A stretch of DNA of 60,781 nucleotides, filler included. It is 4 parts of 4 records of this genome, joined end to end, with 100 filler letters (N's around TTAATTAATTAA, not from the genome) between each part and the next. Parts side by side here need not be neighbours in the genome. Positions count along the whole stretch, not along the records: positions 39,940 to 51,530 come from DRR378314_1724; positions 51,631 to 60,781 come from DRR378314_1729; 2 more parts are not named here. The stretch is one strand, 5' to 3'. Positions 50,580 through 60,639 of the stretch are shown here, piece after piece. The notes under the pieces were generated by a model that was not told the DNA's origin, did no database searches, and saw nothing but the letters and a program-made list of their open reading frames with translations. The translations under genes and the position numbers were made by a program. How positions within the stretch are numbered: position 1 is the stretch's first letter; each line of letters starts with the position of its first letter.

Positions 50580-51530
50580 CCCTTTGCGAGTGAGGTGGAC
50601 AGGGCAGCTTCGACAGTCTCTGCGTCAAAACTGGACCAGCGCCCGATGATGTGCTGATCAGGGCGGATCAGATAGAGGGCCGTTTTGGCCGCGCCTAAAT
50701 AGCGTTTTGCCAGCAGGGGCGAGGGGGACTCGATATGCACCACAGGCATGTCGATGCCATGCGCAGTGAATGGCGCAGGAGCGCCCCCCCCGATGGCCAG
50801 CAGGGTGAACCCGTGCAGATGGTCCAGCAGGAAACCGTCCTCAACCGGTGCGTCGACACAGGATGCGCCGGGACGTGTGATTGCGGGGCCGTCCAGCGCA
50901 TCGGCACAGAACAGTGGGAAACCATCGTAGACGCAGGGCACCGAGAGCCGGCCAGAGTTCACAAAGGGCCGTGCAAAGGCATGTTTGCCCGCCAGATCCA
51001 GCACCGCATTGCGGAAGCTCTTGCTGATCTTTGACTTCGGCGTCATGAAATCCGTCGCACGCGAGGAATTCAGGATGTTTTCATCCGCGCCAAACTCCCG
51101 CTCGGCCGCATAGCTTTCCAGCAACCGTTCATCAGCGACGTCTTTCAGCACAAGATCTAGTTTCCACGCCAGATTTTCTGCATCCTGCACCCCGGAATTG
51201 GCACCACGTGCGCCAAAGGGTGACACTTGGTGCGCGGAATCACCGGCAAAGAACACGGGCCCGTGGCGGAAACTTTGCATGCGACGGCATTGGAAAGTGT
51301 AGATTGAGGTCCAGACCAGCTCGTATTCCGGCACCTTGCCGGTCTGACTGGATAGCATGGCATCAACGCGGGCGCGGATATTTGCCTCGTCCAGCTCCTT
51401 GGCCCGATCAATGTCCCAGCCCAGTTGAAAATCAATCCGCCAGATGTCATCGGGTTGTTTATGTAGCAGGGCAGATTGTCCGGCCCCTTTAAAAGGCGGT
51501 TCGAACCAGAACCAGCGTTCGGTCGGAAAA
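50576..51530 (-). CDS. FAD-dependent aromatic monooxygenase (MhpA/PheA-like), 5' part missing
   Basis: FAGDSAHQVSPFGARGANSG, NLAWKL and LIRPDQH. The frame appears to run to the contig edge. Confidence 0.88.
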
Positions 51531-51630
51531 NNNNNNNNNNNNNNNNNNNNNNNNNNNNNNNNNNNNNNNNNNNNTTAATTAATTAANNNNNNNNNNNNNN
51601 NNNNNNNNNNNNNNNNNNNNNNNNNNNNNN
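51531..51630. other. Artificial contig spacer
   Basis: 100-nt N run with TTAATTAATTAA. Confidence 0.98.
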
Positions 51631-51700
51631 AACAATTAAATATAAATCGAACTCACGTTATTAGAGTAGGTTTTATAAAATTTATAAACTTCTCCAAATC

Positions 51701-51749
51701 AAAAGCGGCGGCCCTTTTAAGAAGCAAGAAATTGCCTTAGGACCGCCGC
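51701..51749 (-). terminator. Terminator after proA
   Basis: Minus strand GCGGCGGTCCT..AGGGCCGCCGC-TTTT. Confidence 0.6.
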
Positions 51750-51785
51750 ACCGATATTTGTACCCTTTAAAGGGCTATGGAAGTT

Positions 51786-52988
51786 TTAGGACATTCTTAC
51801 CTGCCCATCCCCATAAACGTAATATTTGTTGGTTACCAACTGCTCCAGTCCCAGTGGACCCCTATGGTGCAGTTTGTCCGTACTGATTGCCAGTTCCGCA
51901 CCAACACCCATTTGTCCACCATCCGTAAATCTGGTAGAGGCGTTGTGGTATACGGCAGCACTATCCACCTGATCCATGAACTCCATGGCCAGTTGCTTAT
52001 TCCGAGTCATAATGGTTGCGGAATGCCCTCCTGAAAAATTGTTGATTTTTTGAACAGCTTCTTCCAAATCCACTACTGCCCCAACCACACACTTCATGGC
52101 CAAGAATTCTTCATACCAAATAGAGTCTTCTTTCACAACGGTATTTTCAGGTAGCAGCTCGGCCACCTTGCTATCTACTACAACTGAGACTCCCTGCTCC
52201 TTTAAGATAGCATTGAGCTCCTTTATCTTGTTGGAATAATCATCGATATTAACATCGACCAGGATTTTATCCAAGGCATTACAGGCCGATATCTTTTGGG
52301 TCTTTGCGTTGAGGATTACCTCTAAACTTTGTGCCCAATCCGCATCCTTATCTACAAACAGAAAATTATTTCCCCTTCCGCTAACCAATACTGCACATTT
52401 GGCGTGCTCCTTAACAAAAGCGATCAACCGCTCCCCGCCTCTGGGCACGATTAAGTCCAACTTTTCGGTAGGATTCCTCAAAAATTCCTGGGTCTCCTCC
52501 CTATTCATATGAAGAAGTTGGATCCATTGGGTATCCAAACCATTTTCCTCTAGCGCCAAATGCCAACATTTCTCTAAAACAATATTGCTGTTTACGGCTT
52601 CTTTTCCGCCCTTCAACAAAATTTTATTGTTGGCTTTAAAGGCCAAAACCGCAGCTTCTATGGTAACATCCGGTCTGGATTCGTAAATAATCATTATGGT
52701 CCCAAAAGGCGCAGTTTTATTTTCAATTTTCAATCCGTTTTCAAGGGCTTGTTCCGATTTTATTTTGCCTACCGGATCTTGCTGTTGCAGCACCTCTTGT
52801 ATAGCTGCAATCATTCCGTCTACCTTTTTATCATCCACTATGAGCCTATCGTACATGGCCCTATCCGCCTTATCAAAAAGATCAAGATCTTTCTGATTGG
52901 CGGCTATTATTTCGTTCCTTTTGCTATCCAAAATCTGCATCATGGATTGCAATACTTTATTCTTAATATCTGTATTTAATAATATCAT
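51786..52988 (-). CDS. proA: Gamma-glutamyl phosphate reductase
   Basis: IIYESRPDVT, LKGGKEA, PRGG, ACNALD, NASTRFTDG, ISTDKLHxRGP. Confidence 0.96.
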   Translation of the reverse strand: MILLNTDIKNKVLQSMMQILDSKRNEIIAANQKDLDLFDKADRAMYDRLIVDDKKVDGMIAAIQEVLQQQDPVGKIKSEQALENGLKIENKTAPFGTIMIIYESRPDVTIEAAVLAFKANNKILLKGGKEAVNSNIVLEKCWHLALEENGLDTQWIQLLHMNREETQEFLRNPTEKLDLIVPRGGERLIAFVKEHAKCAVLVSGRGNNFLFVDKDADWAQSLEVILNAKTQKISACNALDKILVDVNIDDYSNKIKELNAILKEQGVSVVVDSKVAELLPENTVVKEDSIWYEEFLAMKCVVGAVVDLEEAVQKINNFSGGHSATIMTRNKQLAMEFMDQVDSAAVYHNASTRFTDGGQMGVGAELAISTDKLHHRGPLGLEQLVTNKYYVYGDGQVRMS

Positions 52989-53013
52989 TCGTTTTATTTT
53001 TCGTTAGCTTCAG

Positions 53014-53784
53014 TTATACCGAAATCTTGGTACCCACGCTCTTTCCTTCCACAATATCCAGAATAACCCGCTTTCTTTTTCCATTGGCAATATAGGTCGG
53101 GATATTCTTGGAAGCAGTCTGTTTGGCGATGTTCAACTTGGAGCCCATACCTCCCCTACCTTCTGCTTCACCTTTATCTATGGTCTTTATATATTTCTCC
53201 ACATTCTGGTCCACGCTTACATTCTGTATTACTTCGGTATCCTTATCATCAGGGTGTCCTGTAAATAATCCGTCCGTATCGGTAAGGATAATCAACTTAT
53301 CTGCTTTGGTAAGTTCCGCTACCAGACTTGCCAACTCATCATTGTCCGAGAACATGGAATTGGTCAAGGAAACGGCATCATCCTCATTGGCAATGGGCAC
53401 CACGCCTTCTGCCAATAAGCCTTCATAACAATTGATCATATTATCTCGATGGCTCCCAGGGTTAAAATCCCTTTTGGTTGCCAACACTTGGGCACACTTC
53501 ATTCCATAATCTTGAAATATATTATAGTAATGGCGCATCATCCTTGGTTGTCCAATGGCCGAATACACTTGTCGCCTTGTGGCCTTGTCCGTAATCTGAC
53601 TCTCCCCCATTACCTCCATGCCCGCTATAACCGATCCCGAAGAAACCAAAACAGACATGATATTGCGTTCGTACAATTCTGCTATTTGTTGTACCAAATG
53701 ATCAAGGACAGGTTTTACTATCCTGTTATCCTTATTGGTCATTACATTGGTACCTACTTTTATAACTACTCTCTGTTTATACAT
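53014..53784 (-). CDS. proB: Glutamate 5-kinase (no PUA domain)
   Basis: VIKVGT, VSSG, NEDD, DNDELA, GRGGMGSK. Confidence 0.95.
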   Translation of the reverse strand: MYKQRVVIKVGTNVMTNKDNRIVKPVLDHLVQQIAELYERNIMSVLVSSGSVIAGMEVMGESQITDKATRRQVYSAIGQPRMMRHYYNIFQDYGMKCAQVLATKRDFNPGSHRDNMINCYEGLLAEGVVPIANEDDAVSLTNSMFSDNDELASLVAELTKADKLIILTDTDGLFTGHPDDKDTEVIQNVSVDQNVEKYIKTIDKGEAEGRGGMGSKLNIAKQTASKNIPTYIANGKRKRVILDIVEGKSVGTKISV

Positions 53785-53787
53785 ATC

Positions 53788-54594
53788 TTATTTATCTTGT
53801 CCTAGTTCTACAGCGCGATTAAAAGCGGAGTAAGCAGCCTCTTTAATAAGCTCCTTTACATTATTGTCTTCCATGGAATCCAATGCCGCCCTGGTAGTGC
53901 CCCCTTTGGAGGCTACCCTTTCCATCCAAGAATTGGGAGAAAGATCGGATTGATTAAACAACTCTACGGCGCCTTCAAAGGTGTGACTAACCAACATCTT
54001 ACTGTCATTGCCCGAAAAGCCCATTTTTAAAGCAGCTTCCATCATGCTCTGCATAAAATAGAAAACGTAGGCCGGACCACTCCCAGAAATACCTGTGGAG
54101 GCATCTATAAACTTCTCGGAGCTTACCAAAATAGACTTCCCTGTAGTATCCAATAAATTTTCTATGGTCAACAATTCTATTCTTGAGACTTCCTTAGAAG
54201 CCGTATATGAAGTTACCCCTTTCCCAATTTGGGCAGGTAAATTTGGCATGGCACGGACAATTTTCTGAAGTCCCAATTGATCTTGCATGGACTTTATAGT
54301 CACTCCTGCCATAATTGATATAACAATCTGTCCCTCTTTAACCAGGTCTTTCATCTTCTTAAATAAATCCTCGCTATGGAAAGGTTTTACCGCAATAAAG
54401 ATTAAATCTGCCTTGGGCACACAATCCTCCAAATTTTCATGTACTTCAAAATGTAAAATCTTTTTTAAGGACAAGGTCTTTTCTTGGGAACTGTCCAAAA
54501 TCATTAAATTTCTTTTCTTTAACAGTTTTGATTTTGACATGGATTCCGCGTAGGTCAATCCCATATTCCCTGCCCCAATTACTAATACTTTCAT
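53788..54594 (-). CDS. proC: Pyrroline-5-carboxylate reductase
   Basis: IGAGNMG, AVKP, RAMPN, SGSGPAY, VASKGGTT. Confidence 0.96.
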   Translation of the reverse strand: MKVLVIGAGNMGLTYAESMSKSKLLKKRNLMILDSSQEKTLSLKKILHFEVHENLEDCVPKADLIFIAVKPFHSEDLFKKMKDLVKEGQIVISIMAGVTIKSMQDQLGLQKIVRAMPNLPAQIGKGVTSYTASKEVSRIELLTIENLLDTTGKSILVSSEKFIDASTGISGSGPAYVFYFMQSMMEAALKMGFSGNDSKMLVSHTFEGAVELFNQSDLSPNSWMERVASKGGTTRAALDSMEDNNVKELIKEAAYSAFNRAVELGQDK

Positions 54595-54996
54595 GTATTG
54601 TTTTTATGTTAATACGTTAATTTACAACCCTATTTGCACAATAACCATGCGACACCCCATTATTCCATATAGAGTTTAACTGTTGATATGATTTTACCAT
54701 AGATAAAACCTATACATCGCCCTTAGCCTTTACTATTAGCGCAATTCGATTTTTAAAGAGGATTCGAAAATTTTTGTTTGAAGGCCTTCTAGCGTAGAAA
54801 ATATAATTGCAAAACCTGACAAAAATGGTGTCTGCATGTAAGAATTGGCAAATAATAAGCATGGCAGTCCACCCTTATCAATAATAACAATTGCAGGAAA
54901 ATGACCCTTATATGGGTTACGGAAATAAATCAGTCCTATCCGGTTATAGAAAAACTGTCGGGAGGTAATAAATTAAGGATATAAATTTACCCTTCC

Positions 54997-55554
54997 TTAA
55001 TGTAAAAAGTAAATTTTCAACATGGTTGCCTGTTCATTGAACTCATTGGAAACGCCATGTGGAATAGAGCCATCAAAATAAAGCAGATCTCCTTTTTCCA
55101 ATAGCACCTTGTCCTTTTTAAGCAAATAATTTACCTTTCCTCCAAGCACATAAATTAGTTCATTGGCGTTGGTTGAGATTGGCTTTCGATATGCTCCAGC
55201 AGCAACACTAACAATATACACCCTTATACTACTATCCGAAGAAGGACTGGACAAAAGGTGCGTATATTCCAGGTTTACGGAATCTTCCCGTTCTTCCTTG
55301 GTCCCCGTTCCATTTTTGATAACGATATAATCTCCCGTAACACTGGATGACAGGTCCAATTCTGACAGATCTATACTAAGCGTCTGCATTATTTTTAATA
55401 GCACTGGTAAAGATGGCGTGGTTCTTAAATTTTCAATCTTAGAAATAAGTCCGGCGCTAACACCAGTTCTTTTTGCCACCTGTTGCAAGGTCAAATCCCT
55501 CTTCTGGCGGGCCAATTTTAATTGCCTACCTATGTTTATTAGAATGTCATCCAT
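54997..55554 (-). CDS. XRE-family HTH regulator with C-terminal cupin
   Basis: LTLQQVAKRTGVSAGLISKIEN and cupin ELIYVLGG..GDLLYFDGSIPH. Confidence 0.9.
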   Translation of the reverse strand: MDDILINIGRQLKLARQKRDLTLQQVAKRTGVSAGLISKIENLRTTPSLPVLLKIMQTLSIDLSELDLSSSVTGDYIVIKNGTGTKEEREDSVNLEYTHLLSSPSSDSSIRVYIVSVAAGAYRKPISTNANELIYVLGGKVNYLLKKDKVLLEKGDLLYFDGSIPHGVSNEFNEQATMLKIYFLH

Positions 55555-55610
55555 TTAGCTACTATTGGTCATTTGCAGGCATGAATTTGCCACAATGACA
55601 TTTAATATAG

Positions 55611-55618
55611 CAAAAATA
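55611..55618 (-). promoter_or_regulatory. Bacteroidetes -7 promoter element for the XRE gene
   Basis: Minus strand TATTTTTG fits TAnnTTTG, ~57 nt upstream of the ATG. Confidence 0.5.
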
Positions 55619-55623
55619 GACAA

Positions 55624-57210
55624 TTAATTCAATTGAAAAACACTAAAAACAGCTGCGTGATCCGAAGGGAACATAATAGGGTGGTAATCGATTACTTTGG
55701 ATTCCAAAACATTCAAACTTTTTCCTTTATAATAGATATAGTCGATTCTGTCCCTGAGTCCGTATTTGTCCGAAGAGGTGGCAGCTCTTGGAGTCCATGT
55801 AAATCCGGGATCCAACAAAGGATCAATGTGCAATTCACGATAACTGTCTATAAATCCGGCAAGGTACATTTCCTTACTCTCTGGCCATTCCACTATTTTT
55901 CCGTAATGGATATCCTTGGTTTCCTTTGTCCAATCAAGATGTGACCCCATATTAAAATCGCCCACCATAATTACAGGGGTTTCATCTGTATTTTTTAGAT
56001 ACGGTGTTATGCCTTTTAAAATTTCCTTTATTTCCCCCTGGCGTGTATTTTCCTCATCCGCTATCAAGGCTTTTGGACTTTTATTCTCTGTTATGATGCT
56101 CTTGCTATAATCCGGCAAATAATGCAGCCAGGTATCAAAAAAGATTAATTCTTTGGAAGGGCCCATATTTAATTTAACCCCACCAAAATTAAATGGCTTA
56201 AAAATTTTAATGGTTTCAGTAATCGGATAACGACTCATTATAGACAAATTGGAGCTTATCAGATAAAAGTAATAGCCCAAGGAATCAGCAATTATTTCCC
56301 CCGAGCCATAAGTTTCTATAAGTCCAACAATATCAGCATTGGTAGCCTTAATGGTTTCGATGACCCGTTGTACTCCTACCTCTTTGCCATATCTATTTCC
56401 TCCATGCCAAATGTTCCAGGTCAACACTTTTAAATGACGGGCGTCCAATACTAATGGATTATTTTCCGAAATTGGGTAATATTGGGAGTACAACTTCTCA
56501 ACGGTTTCGGCATCAATAGCCGAATCCCATACCTTTATTTCATCCAAAAAGCCATTAAAGGCATTCCATTGCCCATAGGACCCATATTCCCATTTTTCAT
56601 CGGAACCTCCGATAACTGTGGTCAATTCGGATTCCAAGCCTTTTAACTCCGGCATATTGTATATGGCCACGTTCTTGCCATCAAAATACACCCAAAGTTC
56701 ATCTTTATCACGATCGATACTTAATAAAATCTGATGCCAACGTCCATCGTTAACTGCTTGTCTTTCCGCAGTGGGCCTATAGTCATATCTATTCTTCCCA
56801 TCGCTGAGATTTAATGCCCAAGCTCCATTCTCCTGGGTATATATTTGCCACCCAATGTTAGAAAGCTCATCGGTATTTTTATTTCCAGCAATAACGGCCC
56901 CCATTTTGGCATTGGCCAAGGTTTTTACCCAGATTTGAACACTAAAAGACGATTGTTCGGTAAGAACAGGAAAGCTGCCTTTATTTAATTTTACTGGTCT
57001 CCTCAACGAGGCGTTTGCTGAAAGATCAAGAGCATAACCGGACAACCCCTCTGCAAATTGGGACTGCTGAAGATCTACCATATAAATAGCATGGTCTTTA
57101 GAAATGATTTTTTCCTCGAAGCTATTGTTATCAAAATCCATTTGAAAAACAGCTTGTTGCGATATTGCCAATTGGCAGATCAGCAAAATGATCAGAATGG
57201 GAGCGAACAT
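55624..57210 (-). CDS. Secreted LamG/concanavalin-like domain fused to an endonuclease/exonuclease/phosphatase (EEP) domain
   Basis: LamG motifs FSVQIWVK, DGRWHQI and FNGFLDEIKVWD. EEP motifs TWNIW, GLIE, GDFN, DRIDYIY and SDH. Start uncertain (57210 or 57318). Confidence 0.85.
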   Translation of the reverse strand: MFAPILIILLICQLAISQQAVFQMDFDNNSFEEKIISKDHAIYMVDLQQSQFAEGLSGYALDLSANASLRRPVKLNKGSFPVLTEQSSFSVQIWVKTLANAKMGAVIAGNKNTDELSNIGWQIYTQENGAWALNLSDGKNRYDYRPTAERQAVNDGRWHQILLSIDRDKDELWVYFDGKNVAIYNMPELKGLESELTTVIGGSDEKWEYGSYGQWNAFNGFLDEIKVWDSAIDAETVEKLYSQYYPISENNPLVLDARHLKVLTWNIWHGGNRYGKEVGVQRVIETIKATNADIVGLIETYGSGEIIADSLGYYFYLISSNLSIMSRYPITETIKIFKPFNFGGVKLNMGPSKELIFFDTWLHYLPDYSKSIITENKSPKALIADEENTRQGEIKEILKGITPYLKNTDETPVIMVGDFNMGSHLDWTKETKDIHYGKIVEWPESKEMYLAGFIDSYRELHIDPLLDPGFTWTPRAATSSDKYGLRDRIDYIYYKGKSLNVLESKVIDYHPIMFPSDHAAVFSVFQLN

Positions 57211-57350
57211 AACAATTCTACTAAATAGCACTCTTAGGCCGTGTGTCAATGGCTTTAATTCATAATTAAACAGTAGTATCTCTCTACTTTGGAACGACTT
57301 ACAAAAAACTTGATTCATTTACAGTGCTGATTTTACAATTAGATCTCATT

Positions 57351-58355
57351 TTATACTTTCTTCCTAAAGCCAACACTCCTATCACTAATGGATGCGGAAA
57401 GTCTTGGCGCATCGGGGTGGCCTTTTTCCATAGGGGTTGGACGTACGAATTGACTTTTGCGTCCTTCAATTGAAATTTTACCAGAGGGATCCAGGGTTAA
57501 AAAGGCAAAGATGGAATCCTCGTACATGGCCTTACTGCCATCGGAGCCATAGCCTTCTCCAACATAAAAATAAGAGGCACTGTTCATCTGGAAATAGTGC
57601 ACATTGTTTATATAACTGTGATCGTCTACATGATGGTGGCCACAGAAACAGGCAATAACCTTCTGATAATCCGTTCTATTGTTGGCATCATCAATAACTT
57701 TTCTAACCTCAAACCTACTGGGAGAGGACCAACCGTCCCAAATTTCGTCAAAGGCCTGATGGGAAATAATTATGGTCTGCTTATCCGTTTTTTCCAAATC
57801 CTCCCTTAACCATTCAATTTGTTCCGGGTTTACCAAACTTCTATTCTGTTGATCAATATAAAAATTGGCATTGCCATAATCTTCATATTTCCCATCTTTC
57901 AGTATATAATTTCCATCCATTACCACAAAATGAAAGTCGCCCTTATCAAAGGAATAATAATTACTCTCCATCCCGAAAAAATCCATGGCTTCCTTCTTGG
58001 TAACCTTGTCCATATCATGGTTACCCAGCACATGATACTTTTCACCCTTGTAGGTGTTCCAAAGATCCATACACTCCTGGGCTTCTTCCGTTGCAAAGCA
58101 AAAATCGCCTCCTTGAATAATAAAATCCAATTTTCGGGAAGATGCCTCCTTTATAAATACCTGCAAACGCTCAAGCCCGTCTGCACAAAAGCCGTGATGG
58201 ACATCGGTAATAAAACCAATATTGACCTTGTTTTTTTTAGTGATTTCATTTTTAGGTGCAAAGGCGTAAGCCCCAACATTTCCTAATCCCATTGCCAAAG
58301 TTCCCAATCCCATTTTGGCCATAAACTTACGACGTCCTTTTTCTTGATTTTGCAT
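57351..58355 (-). CDS. Calcineurin-like metallophosphoesterase with twin-arginine signal
   Basis: GRRKFM plus hydrophobic stretch, then TDVH, GGDF, GNHD, SH and GHHH motifs. Confidence 0.9.
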   Translation of the reverse strand: MQNQEKGRRKFMAKMGLGTLAMGLGNVGAYAFAPKNEITKKNKVNIGFITDVHHGFCADGLERLQVFIKEASSRKLDFIIQGGDFCFATEEAQECMDLWNTYKGEKYHVLGNHDMDKVTKKEAMDFFGMESNYYSFDKGDFHFVVMDGNYILKDGKYEDYGNANFYIDQQNRSLVNPEQIEWLREDLEKTDKQTIIISHQAFDEIWDGWSSPSRFEVRKVIDDANNRTDYQKVIACFCGHHHVDDHSYINNVHYFQMNSASYFYVGEGYGSDGSKAMYEDSIFAFLTLDPSGKISIEGRKSQFVRPTPMEKGHPDAPRLSASISDRSVGFRKKV

Positions 58356-58374
58356 GATGTACTTTCTTAATTGT

Positions 58375-59610
58375 TTAACCACTTACCTTATTGGATCTGG
58401 CGGCGGCACACTTGTTCAGCCATTCATTCCCAAAGGGATCTATTTTGCCAAATCTAGAAATTTGAAATTCCGAAAAATCGAGGGGGTTTGGCCTTCCAGC
58501 TACCATTTCAGCAATGCCGAGCCCTACCCCGCCTGCAACGGAAATCCCTGCACCACAACACCCCGAGGCCACAAGGAATCCTTTTACGCCCGGTACCTCT
58601 CCTACTACCAATTGGAAGTCTGGCGTATAGCCCGAAAATCCGGCCACATAATATTTGATTCCCATATCGTAAAAAGCAGGAAAAAAACGGGCAAGTCGCT
58701 CCCCATTCTCAAAAAGATCGTCCATTCCTCCATCGGCACTAAAAACGAAATCGGTAATATCCTTGGGCACATCTTTTGGGGAAGCGACTAACGATTTTCC
58801 CTCGCGAATCCCAAACAACAGGCCTCCCCCTTCGGGTCGGGCATAGGCTTGGGCATCCGGTAAAAGGACCATGGGCGAATTAGTGGGAAACAGATCGGAG
58901 CGTTCCGTTATCCAATACTGACTTCGCACTGGGGCCATAGGAAGGCCCGCCCCCACCTCCTCGGCCAACAGAGGTGCCCAAACACCAGCCGCATCCACAA
59001 CGGTCTCTGCAAGGATGTCCCCTTCAGTAGTCTTTACGCCCTTCACCGTACCGGCCTCATGTATTAAACCAACTACCTCTACCCCTTGGCGAATTTTAGC
59101 TCCCCGGTTTTTGGCACATCTGGCAAAAAAAGTCCCTAACATATAGGGGTCACAATAGGCTTCATTGGGAACAAATCCTATTTTCAACGCCTCGTCCACC
59201 TTTAGCCAAGGTGCCTTTTCCTTAGCCTCTTCCTTGCTAATGTAATATGCTTCCTGATCGTACTCCTTGGCAATGCCTATTAACACTTCCAGATCCCTTA
59301 CCTTGGCTTCGCTTGCTGCTACATGCATCATACCCACCACCTTAAAGTCCAAAGTTTCTCCTAGTTCCCCTTCCATTTCCTTGGCGACTTTAAAAGTCTC
59401 AATGGTCAGCGGAATATAGGAGCGCTTGGATCTTACCATGGTCATAAGGGCAGCAGCCCTACTTGTGGCAGCATTGTTAAGCTCGTTACGCTCCAAGAGC
59501 ATTAGCTGTTTTCCTGGATTGTTTTTACTGAAATAATAGGCAATGGCACAACCAAATATGCCGCCTCCAATTATGACTAGATCCATTTTTTCATCGGACT
59601 TGCCCATCAT
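58375..59610 (-). CDS. FAD-dependent amine oxidoreductase (DAO/sarcosine-oxidase-like), no GcvT domain
   Basis: IIGGGIFG, ATSRAAA, VDAAGVWA, YTPD, GCCGAGI. No signal peptide. Confidence 0.88.
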   Translation of the reverse strand: MMGKSDEKMDLVIIGGGIFGCAIAYYFSKNNPGKQLMLLERNELNNAATSRAAALMTMVRSKRSYIPLTIETFKVAKEMEGELGETLDFKVVGMMHVAASEAKVRDLEVLIGIAKEYDQEAYYISKEEAKEKAPWLKVDEALKIGFVPNEAYCDPYMLGTFFARCAKNRGAKIRQGVEVVGLIHEAGTVKGVKTTEGDILAETVVDAAGVWAPLLAEEVGAGLPMAPVRSQYWITERSDLFPTNSPMVLLPDAQAYARPEGGGLLFGIREGKSLVASPKDVPKDITDFVFSADGGMDDLFENGERLARFFPAFYDMGIKYYVAGFSGYTPDFQLVVGEVPGVKGFLVASGCCGAGISVAGGVGLGIAEMVAGRPNPLDFSEFQISRFGKIDPFGNEWLNKCAAARSNKVSG

Positions 59611-59694
59611 TTAATATCTCTTTTTCTAAATTATTTTATGCCTTGAATTAAATGCACCCCACTTTAAAATATTACACTGTTCTTATGGATTTGC

Positions 59695-60639
59695 CTAGGG
59701 TGCCTGGCTTTCAAATATGGATATGGGCACTTCCCCGGTCCATGAAAGCGGAACATTCCCACACTCAAAAAGGTAAGCTATGGTCATAGCCGTATTAACA
59801 GAATTATTAGGTTCCGTTAGCATTTCCCCCTTTCTAATTCCAGGGCCAGTTATGGCCCATGGCACTTCCAATTCCTGAGAAGTTATACCCCCATGACCTT
59901 TTTCGGGTACACCGCCATGGTCCGTAAAGAACATAAAATGTGTATCCTTGTAAAGACCTTCATCCTTAAGTTTCCTTATAAACTGCCCAATATGCACATC
60001 TACCTCTTCAATAGACGCAATATATTCTGGGGACATCCAACCATGATTGTGTCCAGCATGATCTGTATGAACCGAATAAAGAAATACCATGGTAGGATCC
60101 GACTTGTTATTAACGATAAAATCGAAAGCCTTTCCATAATTATTTTGGTATTCATCATTCCCTTCAAAACTTACCTCATCGATATAGCGAGGGTTGAACG
60201 AATTGATCAATTCGGCCCAATTGTAATAGAAGGCTGTCTTAACTTTTGGAATAGCTTCTTTCAATATTTTAAAAATGGAAGGATAATACCCGTCATCATC
60301 ATTATCAACACTTGGTAAAATCACTCTTTCTTTTGTCCACCCATTACTTAATACACCATGCTGTTCTGGACCACTTCCTGTAAGGTGGGAAGTCCAATTG
60401 GGCAGGGTCACCGAGGGCATAACATTTCTGGTGGTCAAGGACAGCACCCCGTCTGCCATAAGCGCATCCATATTTGGGTGTTTTGCCGTTTTATAGCCAT
60501 CCACACTTATACCGTCCAAGCCAATAGCAACAACGCGTTTCGTATGAACCCTATTTTCCGGGGCTTCTTTGGCAGTACTACAACTACCCAACAACCAAAT
60601 AAAACTCCAACAAACGATCAAATTCCGCTTCCTAATCAT
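59695..60639 (-). CDS. Alkaline phosphatase superfamily (NPP/phosphodiesterase-like) lipoprotein
   Basis: Lipobox LLGSC, GLDG, PSVTLPNW (Thr nucleophile), DHAGH, TDHGG..GHG. Confidence 0.88.
   Translation of the reverse strand: MIRKRNLIVCWSFIWLLGSCSTAKEAPENRVHTKRVVAIGLDGISVDGYKTAKHPNMDALMADGVLSLTTRNVMPSVTLPNWTSHLTGSGPEQHGVLSNGWTKERVILPSVDNDDDGYYPSIFKILKEAIPKVKTAFYYNWAELINSFNPRYIDEVSFEGNDEYQNNYGKAFDFIVNNKSDPTMVFLYSVHTDHAGHNHGWMSPEYIASIEEVDVHIGQFIRKLKDEGLYKDTHFMFFTDHGGVPEKGHGGITSQELEVPWAITGPGIRKGEMLTEPNNSVNTAMTIAYLFECGNVPLSWTGEVPISIFESQAP

Noticed and set aside
53014-53784. Truncated proB pseudogene
   Set aside because: PUA-less glutamate 5-kinases are a known natural form and the catalytic motifs are intact.
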